DNA of 64,000 bases from positions 1,664,001 through 1,728,000 of the forward strand of contig CATQHZ020000001.1 of the NCBI GenBank assembly GCA_958296135.2, in the 5' to 3' direction. Shown here one piece after another: positions 1-9,718 of this stretch. Below the pieces are notes generated by a model. The model worked only from the letters and a program-made list of their open reading frames with translations. It did not search any database and was not told the origin of the DNA. The position numbers and the translations under genes are program-made. This stretch comes from an uncultured Poribacteria bacterium. Its GTDB lineage: Bacteria > Poribacteria > WGA-4E > WGA-3G. Numbering within the stretch: position 1 is the first letter of the stretch; each line of letters starts with the position of its first letter.

Positions 1-2
1 GT

Positions 3-1385
3 TCTCGGCCCGGTGGCTTGCCAGCAAATCTACAAGGCATCTGGAACGAGCACATGAACGCGCCGTGGAACAGCGATTTCCACACCAACATCAACCTCCA
101 GATGAACTATTGGGTGCCCGAGGTCTGCAATCTCGCCGAGTGCCATACGCCGTTGTTTGATTACATGGATACACTCGTTGAATCGGGGCATCGCACGGCG
201 CAACGCCATTACGGTGCCGATGGTTGGGTTGTGCATCATCTCTCGGATGTGTGGGGCTTCACAACACCAGCGGATGGCATCTGGGGCATCTGGCCGGTGG
301 GTGCGGCGTGGTTATGTCAGCATGTGTGGGAGCATTATCTTTTCGGCGGTGACAAGGAATTCCTTGCAAAACAGGGCTATCCGTTGATGAAAGGTGCCGC
401 CCGTTTTATCCTTGATTTCCTCGTTGAGGCACCGGCAGGCACGCCTGTCGCCGGGAAACTCGTGACGAATCCGTCGCATTCGCCGGAAAACAGTTTTTTG
501 AAACCTGACAGAACGCGCTCGTTGTTCACCTATGCCGCCACCATGGATCTGGAGATTATCCATGAGTTGTTTACGAATTGCATCGCGTGTCTTGATGTCC
601 TCAGGGATGACGCAGAAGATGGGCGGATATGGAAATCTGCCGTTACAGGCCGCCTGGCAGACGATGCAGATTTCCGCGAGGAGTTGGTATCTGCACTGGA
701 GCGGCTCGCGCCCTTGCAGATTAGCGGGAAGACCGGGCGGCTTCAGGAATGGGTGTTTGACTACGACGAGCCGGAGCCGGGACATCGGCACATGTCGCAC
801 ATGTATGCGCTGCATCCGGGTTGCCAGATTACGTTGCGTGGCACCCCAGCGCTGGCAGCAGCGGCGAGGAAATCGTTGGAATATCGGTTAGCGCACGGCG
901 GTGGGCATACGGGATGGAGTCGCGCGTGGCTCGTCAATTTCTGGGCGCGTCTTGAGGAGGCAGAAGAAGCACATACGCACCTTCAAGCACTGCTGGCGAA
1001 ATGCACTTTGACGAATCTGTTTGATACGCATCCGCCGTTCCAAATCGATGGCAATTTTGGGGGAACCGCTGGCATCGCGGAGATGTTGCTACAGAGTCAC
1101 GCCGGAGAGATTCATCTGTTGCCAGCACTGCCGAAAGCGTGGCATACTGGACATGTCAAGGGATTGCGTGCCCGCGGCGGGTTCACGGTAGACATTGCGT
1201 GGGAGAATGGCAATCTCACTGAAGCGAACATTTATTCCACGCTAGGGAGAGACTGCACGGTACGGAGTGCCTCGGCAGTTAACGTCACCTGCACTGATGA
1301 AGCGGTTGAGACAGCGCGGTCGGACTCGGTTGTGAAGTTTCAAACGGAGGTTGGGAAGCCCTATTTGCTTGGCGTGCTCGTGTGA
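3..1385 (+). CDS. GH95-family alpha-L-fucosidase-like glycoside hydrolase (5'-truncated by window)
   Basis: Motifs [58 protein letters not shown] typical of GH95; frame is open from the window edge. Confidence 0.92.
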   Translation, partial: SRPGGLPANLQGIWNEHMNAPWNSDFHTNINLQMNYWVPEVCNLAECHTPLFDYMDTLVESGHRTAQRHYGADGWVVHHLSDVWGFTTPADGIWGIWPVGAAWLCQHVWEHYLFGGDKEFLAKQGYPLMKGAARFILDFLVEAPAGTPVAGKLVTNPSHSPENSFLKPDRTRSLFTYAATMDLEIIHELFTNCIACLDVLRDDAEDGRIWKSAVTGRLADDADFREELVSALERLAPLQISGKTGRLQEWVFDYDEPEPGHRHMSHMYALHPGCQITLRGTPALAAAARKSLEYRLAHGGGHTGWSRAWLVNFWARLEEAEEAHTHLQALLAKCTLTNLFDTHPPFQIDGNFGGTAGIAEMLLQSHAGEIHLLPALPKAWHTGHVKGLRARGGFTVDIAWENGNLTEANIYSTLGRDCTVRSASAVNVTCTDEAVETARSDSVVKFQTEVGKPYLLGVLV

Positions 1386-1507
1386 AGGAACCTCCACGGA
1401 ACCGTAGGGCGAGGGAAAACCTGTCCCTCGCCATTTTGTTTGGCCTGAGCATTCTCGCGCGCTCAGTTGAAAAAGGATAATCGGGAACACACCAGCCAGA
1501 CTCATGC

Positions 1508-2725
1508 TCAATACCGGTCCGGTGCCCAGAAGAGGACATCGCGTTTCGGGAACAGCGCGGTTAAAAACGCCGCCGTTTTTGGCGACACTGAAGTTCTGGG
1601 GTTTGCCTGTTCCCAACCGAATTCTCCAAACAAGAGTTTCCAGAGTTCGTCTTCGGTTACGTCTAATTCAACAGCATCGGCATCGTCGTTCACGATTTGC
1701 AGCGTTTCATCTCCATCAAACCGAATTACTGCCTGCTGGTTATTGAGCGCAAATTTGACAGCAAGTGTGGGAAACGTCTCTTCAGATGCGGCAAGGCGCG
1801 ATTGCCATTCCAACACCAACCGCCGCAGGAGAACCTGAAAGTTCACGGCGTAGAGCATCATAGCGGAGTCCTCGGTTGTTTCGGAAGTAGAAGTCCCTCC
1901 TTTCGAGAGTTGCGCTACAAACGGATGGCTAGGCAAGAACGTGCCGGTTATGTTCCAAATGCCGTGCTCCTTGCACACGCGTAGCAGATGCGAGGCAAGC
2001 GCGTCTAAAACCCCCGGGTCTTCGTGACGATACGCTACCTCACGCACCTCCGCGGTCTCGCCATTCATCAGATAGTTGAGATACCCATCGGTAGGCGCGC
2101 GCTCCCGGTCGCGATACGCAACGACGGTAGGTAGCACCTCGCGGATGCGGGAAGGTTGCATATCCCAATAGGCGCGCGTCCGCACGATACTGCCGCTCTG
2201 CTCAGCATTGCAGCTGTCATAAAGGGTTGCTACCGAATCTAAATGGGGTGCCACATCGAAAGGGACGACTTGCCAGAGGGCTCTGTTGGGAATAGGGGTT
2301 GCTGCGCCGTGCGATACTTGGAAGCCTTGCAACGGGAACGTTGTCCACCCGAGTCGATGGTAAAACGCGTTCGGAATAATGGTAAAAAGCACGCCGATGT
2401 CGCATCCGATCTTCCGAAGATAACCGATGGTATTCCGCATGAGCGCGGAGGCATAGCCGACCCCGCGATATTTCGGATGCGTGCAGACACCGCCGATGCC
2501 CCCCATAGTTACGATGGAGGTGCCCATCCGGATGCGCCGCTCCCAGACCCGGAGTGTTGATACCACCCGTTCGTTAACAACGACAACGCGCGTTTGCGAG
2601 GGACGATAACTGCTGTCCCCATGCACGTATTGCCAATAGCGTTCATGCCCATCGGGATTGAATGCTAGGCATGAGAGTTCAACTACCTGTTCTAATTCTG
2701 ATTCGTGAGCTGCTCTAATTTCCAT
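1508..2725 (-). CDS. Eis-like GNAT acetyltransferase with C-terminal SCP2-like domain
   Basis: GGIGGVCTHPKYRGVGYASALM acetyl-CoA motif; ~400 aa Eis architecture; ATG 2725 or TTG 2734. Confidence 0.8.
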   Translation of the reverse strand: MEIRAAHESELEQVVELSCLAFNPDGHERYWQYVHGDSSYRPSQTRVVVVNERVVSTLRVWERRIRMGTSIVTMGGIGGVCTHPKYRGVGYASALMRNTIGYLRKIGCDIGVLFTIIPNAFYHRLGWTTFPLQGFQVSHGAATPIPNRALWQVVPFDVAPHLDSVATLYDSCNAEQSGSIVRTRAYWDMQPSRIREVLPTVVAYRDRERAPTDGYLNYLMNGETAEVREVAYRHEDPGVLDALASHLLRVCKEHGIWNITGTFLPSHPFVAQLSKGGTSTSETTEDSAMMLYAVNFQVLLRRLVLEWQSRLAASEETFPTLAVKFALNNQQAVIRFDGDETLQIVNDDADAVELDVTEDELWKLLFGEFGWEQANPRTSVSPKTAAFLTALFPKRDVLFWAPDRY

Positions 2726-2816
2726 ATTTTTCAAGATTTACCGTAGGAGAACCCCCGCCTGCGCGCTTCGTAAACGCGCCTACCGAGTTGCCCGGTTTGC
2801 GTTCGGAAGAGCGTGC

Positions 2817-3857
2817 CTACATGGTAAAGATAACCCCTAACGCTTCGTTTGGGTGTTGGATTAACTTCTCGCACCCTTCCGCCGCCCGGTCGATCGGCAG
2901 GATATCCGTGATTAGCGGTTTCACCTGAATTTTTCCTTCAGCCATCAGCCGTAGGGAGAGTTCCAAGTTGCGCTGCGTCGGCCATGGAACGAAGACCGGG
3001 GGATAATCTGCGCCGTGTTCATAAGCCTCATCGTGGTAGCCGGGGCCGGTGCGCGCCGCGCTAATCACGTCCACATTGCCGAGCCCTGCCGCAAAGCCGT
3101 GCGTAATGTTCGCGCCACCGACGATGACGATGCGTCCTACCTTATGCGTATCGGGTGCTGTCTTGAGCATCGCGCGGATTTGTTGGAACGCGCTCGTCGC
3201 ATCGCCACCGAAAGCGATGATACCGCAATCCATGCCATATCCGTTCGTAAATTCTGCCGCGATGGGAACCGGGTCTGCTTCCGAAACGTTTATGGCGCGA
3301 TGAATACCAGCGGATTCGGCGATTTTTATCCGTAACGACAGCCGGTCTATGCCAATAACGTAGGCACCCGCCGCCTTGGCTATCTGGGATGCGAATTGCC
3401 CGACGATACCTAACCCTGCGACAACGACGTTTTCACCGATGCGGATGCGCCCCCGTTGCACGGCGTGCAGTGCTGTCGCGGCGAGATGGTTTGAAGCGGC
3501 TTCCGCGTCACTAACGTTCTCCGGAATCTTCGCGCAAAGATTATGCGGCACACACGCGTGAGTGGCATGTAGTGCGTAGCCGCCGCCCATGCCGGAAACC
3601 CGGTCGCCTATTTCAAACTCATCGCAGTCGCCTTCTTTGCCAATGACGACACCGGCGTTGGTATACCCGAACGGACGTTGTCGCGCTTCAGAGCCCGGAT
3701 TCTCCCTGCGCCGTTTGACTCCGCCGAGTTCCGTGCCGGGGCTTACCATAGAGGCGCGCACTTCGATGCGCAGCTGCCCCGGTTTCGGTGCGGGTGTTTC
3801 CTGCTCCTCTGTCCAAATGTGGCCGGCTTCGTTCATCATTACAACTTTTCGGTTCAT
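2817..3857 (-). CDS. Zinc-binding (MDR) alcohol dehydrogenase family protein
   Basis: SMVSPGTE, GYTNAG, Rossmann GLGIVGQ; ATG at 3857 preceded by AAGGA. Confidence 0.85.
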   Translation of the reverse strand: MNRKVVMMNEAGHIWTEEQETPAPKPGQLRIEVRASMVSPGTELGGVKRRRENPGSEARQRPFGYTNAGVVIGKEGDCDEFEIGDRVSGMGGGYALHATHACVPHNLCAKIPENVSDAEAASNHLAATALHAVQRGRIRIGENVVVAGLGIVGQFASQIAKAAGAYVIGIDRLSLRIKIAESAGIHRAINVSEADPVPIAAEFTNGYGMDCGIIAFGGDATSAFQQIRAMLKTAPDTHKVGRIVIVGGANITHGFAAGLGNVDVISAARTGPGYHDEAYEHGADYPPVFVPWPTQRNLELSLRLMAEGKIQVKPLITDILPIDRAAEGCEKLIQHPNEALGVIFTM

Positions 3858-4043
3858 AAATGTTTTCCTTTCTGCAAGCAATTTTCTCTGTGCCTTTATG
3901 TATGCTAATCTATTTTCCAGTTATTGTCATTCAAAACGAGATGCTCTGAGGGCCATCTAGTTCTCCCATCTCTGTCGTTTGAGTTCGCCCGAGCGCGAAT
4001 AGGACAAGTTCAGGCGAGTTTGCCCTACGCGGGCTTTAGAATT

Positions 4044-5255
4044 TCACACCACTTTTATCGTGGCGCGAATGTAAGTGCCATTCACCTCAAACTCCAAGGC
4101 CGGATGTCCGGCTTCCATGAGTAGCCTTCTGGCTATCGGTATCCCCACGCCAAATCGCTGCACATAGGCGAGGGTTTTCATCGCTTCTGCCAGATTGGGG
4201 TTGCGATACCCGGTAATTCCGGGCTTGCCGAAATTTTCAGTGGTTGCGTCTCCAAACGGGCCGCCCGAATTTAAAACTTCAATCCGGTCGTTGAACCAAT
4301 ACACACGGATAGGCGCGTTCGTTGCTTCGTAAGTTCTGTGCATAATGGCGTTCCGCGCGATTTGCTGCACTGCCTCCATTGGGTAAAGTGCCGTCCGTTT
4401 CTCAATAGGCCCCGAGGTAATGTCAACAGCGACGCGATTATGCGCGAAGAGTTTATCATCCAATCGATGGATGAGGTTTGGAATAGAGCCTCTGATTTCC
4501 GCGCTATCAATAATCTCGTCTGCATACTCAACACCGTTAATTCTGAGGAACTGCACGTAGGCACCATATAGGAAATTCTGCGGATTTTTCCCCAGTATGA
4601 GGATGCCGAGCACGGTGGGTATGGGCCGGTCGGCGGCATCAATCATCTTCGTCGCCGCTAACTGCTCATGGAGACGCCGGTCGTTAGCATCAAGAACCTC
4701 GGCGGAAAACGCCTTTGGCAGATATTCATGTTCAAAGTATGCCAGACTCAAATCGGATATATCGGCAGCAGGAACCGGCAGCAGGTCAAAAGGGCGTTCT
4801 CCGTGCCGACGTTTTTCGTTGAGGCTCCGCTCATCCTGCACCGTGGCAATGCCGCGGCGGGGGCCGATGCGGATATGAATTGTACCCTTGAACCGAACCG
4901 GTGGCGAGTCAGACGGTTGCACCGTGACTACGGCAATTTCCTTGCCTCGCAGCACCCACTTTTGAACAGTCAGCGATGGCGGCGGCACGATATTGCCATC
5001 GGTTTTCATATCCGCTAACTGTATGAGCAATTCATCCGTAACCGAGAGACCGAGGATAGTTCTGTCGTTGTTCACACCAACGAAAATGAGCCCCGGTTCC
5101 TCTTTTCCGTAGTTTGGCAAATCATTGGCGAAAGCACAGATTGCCTCTCTAATTCTATCCGGGGCACTGCCGGACAAATTCGCCTTGAACTCAACGCGGT
5201 CTGCCTCGCCAGTTTCAATCTCGTGCAGCAGTTCCTCGTCAGTAAGATGTGGCAT
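4044..5255 (-). CDS. AlbA_2 (Schlafen-like) domain plus HATPase_c_4 (RecG-C-like) protein
   Basis: N-terminal GEADRVEFK...ICAFAN...GLIFVGV; C-terminal NAIMHRTY...RIEVLNSGG...RNPNLA...GVGI. Confidence 0.82.
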   Translation of the reverse strand: MPHLTDEELLHEIETGEADRVEFKANLSGSAPDRIREAICAFANDLPNYGKEEPGLIFVGVNNDRTILGLSVTDELLIQLADMKTDGNIVPPPSLTVQKWVLRGKEIAVVTVQPSDSPPVRFKGTIHIRIGPRRGIATVQDERSLNEKRRHGERPFDLLPVPAADISDLSLAYFEHEYLPKAFSAEVLDANDRRLHEQLAATKMIDAADRPIPTVLGILILGKNPQNFLYGAYVQFLRINGVEYADEIIDSAEIRGSIPNLIHRLDDKLFAHNRVAVDITSGPIEKRTALYPMEAVQQIARNAIMHRTYEATNAPIRVYWFNDRIEVLNSGGPFGDATTENFGKPGITGYRNPNLAEAMKTLAYVQRFGVGIPIARRLLMEAGHPALEFEVNGTYIRATIKVV

Positions 5256-5419
5256 CGTGATTCCTCTGAATTGTGACGCATGTTTTTTGTATAGATAGCC
5301 CGGACAGTCTTTGCTTCCATAACCTCACTCGTAAATCTCGCCGGAGTTTTGACGCAACTCCAATCCCCTACCATAGTTAATAATACCTTAAAAAATAGTT
5401 TTGTGCAAACTATTTTTCA

Positions 5420-7942
5420 CTATCGCAAACCCAATTCGTTTTCAGCAACATGAGACCGGAACCAACACCGCTTTCCATCTGTCTTCAGTGTGATGGCCCC
5501 CAGTTCATCAGTGCGCAACAGCACACACCCGCGTTCTCTATACCGCGCAACGACACCCGCATCTGGAAATCCATATCGATTCCGAATGCCTAGCGAAAAG
5601 AGGGCATACTTCGGTTGGACTGCATCTAAAAACGAAGTTGTGCTTGAGGTTCGGCTTCCGTGATGTGGTACCTTCAAGACCTCGGCATGCAAATCTTGTC
5701 CGGTGGCGATGAGGCGCGTTTCTGCCTTCGCGCCAATATCACCCGTAAACAAGATGTCCACCTCGCCATAACTGAGTCTCATAACCAGGGAGTCATCGTT
5801 TGTATCGCTGTCCATCAGGTCTGTGGATGCGGCATCGATGGGATGCAAGAGATTTAGGGTGGCTGTCGGAGTCATTTCGATTTCTCCCGCGTATTCAAAC
5901 GCGTAGTCAATCTCATCATCTTGGGCAATTTTACGCAATCGCTCAAGTGTTGCGGAAGAGCGCGCCTTATCCGCCTCCGCTATTCCGAGGACGCGTTTCA
6001 CCTTAAAGTTCTCCAAGATATACGCGAGCCCACCACCGTGGTCGCTGTCTTGATGCGACAGCACTACCAGAGCTAGTTCCCGAATCCCGTTAGCGTCAAG
6101 GTAAGGCGCGACAACCCGTTCGCCTACGTCATAGTCTACCCCTTGTTTCTTCTTTTCATTGTAATAGGAACGCCGGTCGCCGCCATCAACAAGCATCGTG
6201 CGTCCATCAGGAAACTTCACCACGGCCGCATCGCCTTGCCCGACATCCAACGTGACTACCTCTAGCAGCCGTCCTTCTTCATGAAACGCCCTGTCCCATA
6301 CCCAGATTGCCACGACAGTTAGTCCGATGAGTGTCGCGAGTCTCCACTGTTCACGGCAAAACCGCCAATGCGTTATGCCTAAACAGACAGCAATGTAAAC
6401 GACAAAGATGCCAAACGTAGGCGGTGTCATCTTCAGGACAACCGATGCGTTTCCAAACAGCCCGATGATTGCTAAAAAGAGGGAGATAATCGCTGCGTTG
6501 AAAGAGGCGAGAAGTTTCGCTAGCGGCAACAGCGAGAAAAGTCCCGCGCCTACCGAACCCAGGCCTATCGCGAGAATAAGTGAAACAAGCCCGACAGCAA
6601 ACGGCCCGACAATTATGCCAATCGGATACGCTCGAAAAAAGTGGAATGCGATGATAAGCGTAGTGCCGAGCAGTGCAGCTAACGTCACAAGATAGGAGAG
6701 AATGAGCCATTTTAAGACACCACGTCCTAAAGTGACACTGAGGTTCGGAGATTCAGGAGGTTCCCATAGTTGGTGAAACAGTTTTTCCATTTTGGGCACA
6801 AAATAGAGAATCGCTGTCACGGCGACAAACGACAATTGGAAACCGATGTCCCACAGTTGCGTCGGATTCAACAGGAGTAAAATTAAGGCGGCGAAAGCGA
6901 GTAGGTTGAAGATGTCTGCATCCCTGTCAATGATGGTTGCAAGGAGGAAGAGGATTGCCATCAGCGAGGCGCGGCAGACGGAAGGACGAAACCCGACTAA
7001 GCAGGCGTAAATGCACACAGCCCCGATTGTCAGGAGAGCTATCCCCTTTTTTGTCAGGTGTGGGTGCTTAGCTAGCATGCCGAGGACAGTCGCCAACGTT
7101 GACAGCCCGAAGTAACAGAACGCCGCGATGAACCCAACGTGCAACCCCGATACCGCCAATACATGAAAATTGCCGCTGTTTCGGAAGGTTTCCAAGGTAT
7201 CTGTCGGTAAATCGCTCCGTTTTCCCAAAAGGATGCCTTTGATGAGTTGTGTGTGCAGTTCATCAGTGTAGGCTTCATCAATAACCTCCTCGGTCCGAAG
7301 GCGGAGCCTTTCTATCCACCGGAGTGGTGGAAATCCGGCTTGCTCGCCGAGTTTGAAAAGCCCTTGATGATAGATTATCCCGGAAACATCTTTCCGGGCG
7401 AGGTATGCGCGATAATCAAAGCCGCCGGGGTTGCGTTGCGGTTGTGGCCGATGTAGCGTTCCCGTTAACGTCAAGCGTTTGCCGTATCGGAGGGGCATGA
7501 GCCCCTGAAATCGGATGAGAACCTTTGTCTGCACTGTCTCGCCTGTCTCAAGCAGTTGCAGTTCTCCCTTCGCGTAGCAAGCTTCCCACTTTTTGCCGCG
7601 CTCGGGTTGATACTCAGTCCGGCCTGAAAAACTAACAGGCTGATCGTAAAAATACGTTGGAATTGATGACAGGGTGCCGATGTCTAGCCGTAGGATGCCG
7701 CTCACAAAAACGGCGAGATGGATCAGAACGTAGAGAATTACTTTGCTCTGCAAGCGTGCACGCCACGTGTCTCCTGTTGCCACTTTTAAGCGTACAAACC
7801 ACTGAAACAGCGCGGCGCAACTCAGACATATCAGCGTGAAGAGCCACGTCCAAAACAGCGGCACGGTGGTGTATTCTCCCACAATAATGCCGAGCAGATA
7901 CGGGATAAGGAAATAGATAGCTGGGCGTGGTTTAAGTCTCAT
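5420..7942 (-). CDS. comEC: DNA internalization competence protein ComEC/Rec2
   Basis: RNPGGFDY, HVLAVSGLHVG, GFQLSF, DVGQGDA, SHQDSDHGGG, KVPHHGS motifs; many TM segments. Confidence 0.95.
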   Translation of the reverse strand: MRLKPRPAIYFLIPYLLGIIVGEYTTVPLFWTWLFTLICLSCAALFQWFVRLKVATGDTWRARLQSKVILYVLIHLAVFVSGILRLDIGTLSSIPTYFYDQPVSFSGRTEYQPERGKKWEACYAKGELQLLETGETVQTKVLIRFQGLMPLRYGKRLTLTGTLHRPQPQRNPGGFDYRAYLARKDVSGIIYHQGLFKLGEQAGFPPLRWIERLRLRTEEVIDEAYTDELHTQLIKGILLGKRSDLPTDTLETFRNSGNFHVLAVSGLHVGFIAAFCYFGLSTLATVLGMLAKHPHLTKKGIALLTIGAVCIYACLVGFRPSVCRASLMAILFLLATIIDRDADIFNLLAFAALILLLLNPTQLWDIGFQLSFVAVTAILYFVPKMEKLFHQLWEPPESPNLSVTLGRGVLKWLILSYLVTLAALLGTTLIIAFHFFRAYPIGIIVGPFAVGLVSLILAIGLGSVGAGLFSLLPLAKLLASFNAAIISLFLAIIGLFGNASVVLKMTPPTFGIFVVYIAVCLGITHWRFCREQWRLATLIGLTVVAIWVWDRAFHEEGRLLEVVTLDVGQGDAAVVKFPDGRTMLVDGGDRRSYYNEKKKQGVDYDVGERVVAPYLDANGIRELALVVLSHQDSDHGGGLAYILENFKVKRVLGIAEADKARSSATLERLRKIAQDDEIDYAFEYAGEIEMTPTATLNLLHPIDAASTDLMDSDTNDDSLVMRLSYGEVDILFTGDIGAKAETRLIATGQDLHAEVLKVPHHGSRTSSTTSFLDAVQPKYALFSLGIRNRYGFPDAGVVARYRERGCVLLRTDELGAITLKTDGKRCWFRSHVAENELGLR

Positions 7943-7992
7943 CTTTTTTGTTGTTCGCCGAGCGTTGTTTGGCAATTTTTGTTGTGGGAACC

Positions 7993-8216
7993 TGGCGAGG
8001 GACAGTGGACATCTCTGCAGCGAGGCTGCAGAGATGACAAAGTTAAAGTAAGTAAGGTAGCGTGTTTACGCGGGGCGACACACGCACTTTTTCTGTAGAC
8101 GTGACCGTGCTTTCGCGAGGCGACACACGCACGTTTGCTGTAGGCGTGACCGTGTTTACGCGTGGCGACACACGCACATTTTCAGTAGGCGTGACCGTGA
8201 CGGCCCGCGCCCTACG
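7993..8216. repeat. Composite repeat: REP-like palindrome interrupted by a nested hairpin element with three 45-bp tandem units
   Basis: tggcgagggaca[gtggacatctctgcagcgaggctgcagagatgacaaag...]ggcccgcgccctacg; 45-bp units start at 8061, 8106, 8151. Confidence 0.85.
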
Positions 8217-8407
8217 CTGAGCCGGCCGTTTTCACGTTGTAATACCAAATGAACTTCTGTAGCTCGGGCTCGTCCTGCTGCGCAGGAAAACCAAAACGGT
8301 CAGGTTCAGGCGATTCTGCCCTACAGGCTCGAGAACATTCAGACGAATTTGGTATAAGTTCTGCACAGTCGTAGCTGAACAACGCATTGCGAACGACGAA
8401 AAGAGCA

Positions 8408-9718
8408 TCAATTAGAGAGGCGGGTTTGCAATTCTTCTAGTTGGACGGGGCGCGTGAAATCCATCAGATAAATCCGCATGTGATCACTCCGGTCTGAACT
8501 GAACACCAGTTTCTGGCCATCTCGCGACAGACTCGGTTCAAAATGCGCGCCGATGTGGTTCGTCAACTGCCTTTTGTTGCTTCCATCGGCATCCATTACC
8601 CAAAGTGTGTAGTGCCCACGTGCATTTGAGACATAAATAATCCGTTCACTATCCGGCGTGAAAATGGGTTGGTAATGGCTATCGGCGGACGCGGTGAGCC
8701 GTTCTATGTCTCCCCCTTTTGCACTGATAACGCAGACCTGATAGGTATCCTGAACGCTGGAGATGAATGCAATCTGTTCGCCGGTCGGTGCCCATGCGGG
8801 GTGTCCATCGTCACCCTCGTTGTCTGTCAACTGCACTTTGCCGGTGCCGTCTGTGTTGACAACGTAGATTTCCAATTCATCGCTATTTTCATTGGATTCA
8901 AAGGCGATTTTTTCGCCATCGGGTGAAAAGGCGGGAGCACTTTGCATCCCCTGCATCTCTACGAGAGGCCGTTGATGCCGGCCGTCGATGTCCATCAGAT
9001 AGATTTTGGCGGTGCTTGGCACGGAGCCGCTCGCCTGAATCGGCGGCAGCATCATCATCCCTTTGGTGCGTTCCGCCACGAAGGCAAGCGTCTTGCCATC
9101 TGGGGAGAAAATAGGCATGTATTCGTCAAACTCTTCCGTATGCGTGAGCTGCCGAAGTTCGCGCGTCTCAAGGTTCATCATATAAATTTCGCCATTTTGA
9201 AGCCGATAGGAGGCGAACGCGAGCCATTCCCCATCAGGCGAAATAGCCGGACTGTAATCGTCTGCATATTTTGCCGTGAACGTCATGAGGTTGCCCTTTT
9301 CGGTGAAGGCTTGCTCGTAGTCGTCGCTCCCTTCGGTGCGGAGGCGTTGGACATGATACGCATCGCCAGTGAGGCCTGCCACCTTTAAAATAACATCGCG
9401 TGACGGAGTGCCTGCGAGCAGTTGGCGGAATTGCGCGAGGGCGAGCGAGTGCCTATCCGCAAACCAGTAAGCGCGTCCGCGCGCGAAACCCTGTGTCTCT
9501 TCTTCTAACTGCGCGCGAATCAATTTGAGTTGATACGCCGCTTCAGCGTTATCCGGGTCGCGCTGAAGGGCAGCCTCAAATTCTTGGGCTGCTGCTATCA
9601 TCTCTCCATTTGCGGCGAGTTGCTTGCCGCGCTCAATGCTCGGGCCCTCGCCACATCCGAAGAGACAGAGGAGGCATACAACGATGAATGTTTTGTAAAG
9701 AGCGTTTCGCATTTTCAT
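8408..9718 (-). CDS. Lipoprotein with TPR and TolB-like PD40 beta-propeller repeats
   Basis: Lipobox-like LFGC; TPR-like AAQEFEAALQRDPDNAEA; repeated P(A/I)(I/F/W)SPDG..LAF. Confidence 0.85.
   Translation of the reverse strand: MKMRNALYKTFIVVCLLCLFGCGEGPSIERGKQLAANGEMIAAAQEFEAALQRDPDNAEAAYQLKLIRAQLEEETQGFARGRAYWFADRHSLALAQFRQLLAGTPSRDVILKVAGLTGDAYHVQRLRTEGSDDYEQAFTEKGNLMTFTAKYADDYSPAISPDGEWLAFASYRLQNGEIYMMNLETRELRQLTHTEEFDEYMPIFSPDGKTLAFVAERTKGMMMLPPIQASGSVPSTAKIYLMDIDGRHQRPLVEMQGMQSAPAFSPDGEKIAFESNENSDELEIYVVNTDGTGKVQLTDNEGDDGHPAWAPTGEQIAFISSVQDTYQVCVISAKGGDIERLTASADSHYQPIFTPDSERIIYVSNARGHYTLWVMDADGSNKRQLTNHIGAHFEPSLSRDGQKLVFSSDRSDHMRIYLMDFTRPVQLEELQTRLSN

Noticed and set aside
7745-7790. 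Repeat-derived insert in ComEC (KVATGDTWRARLQS)
   Set aside because: Looks like an extra segment but has no convincing match to intergenic repeats in this window
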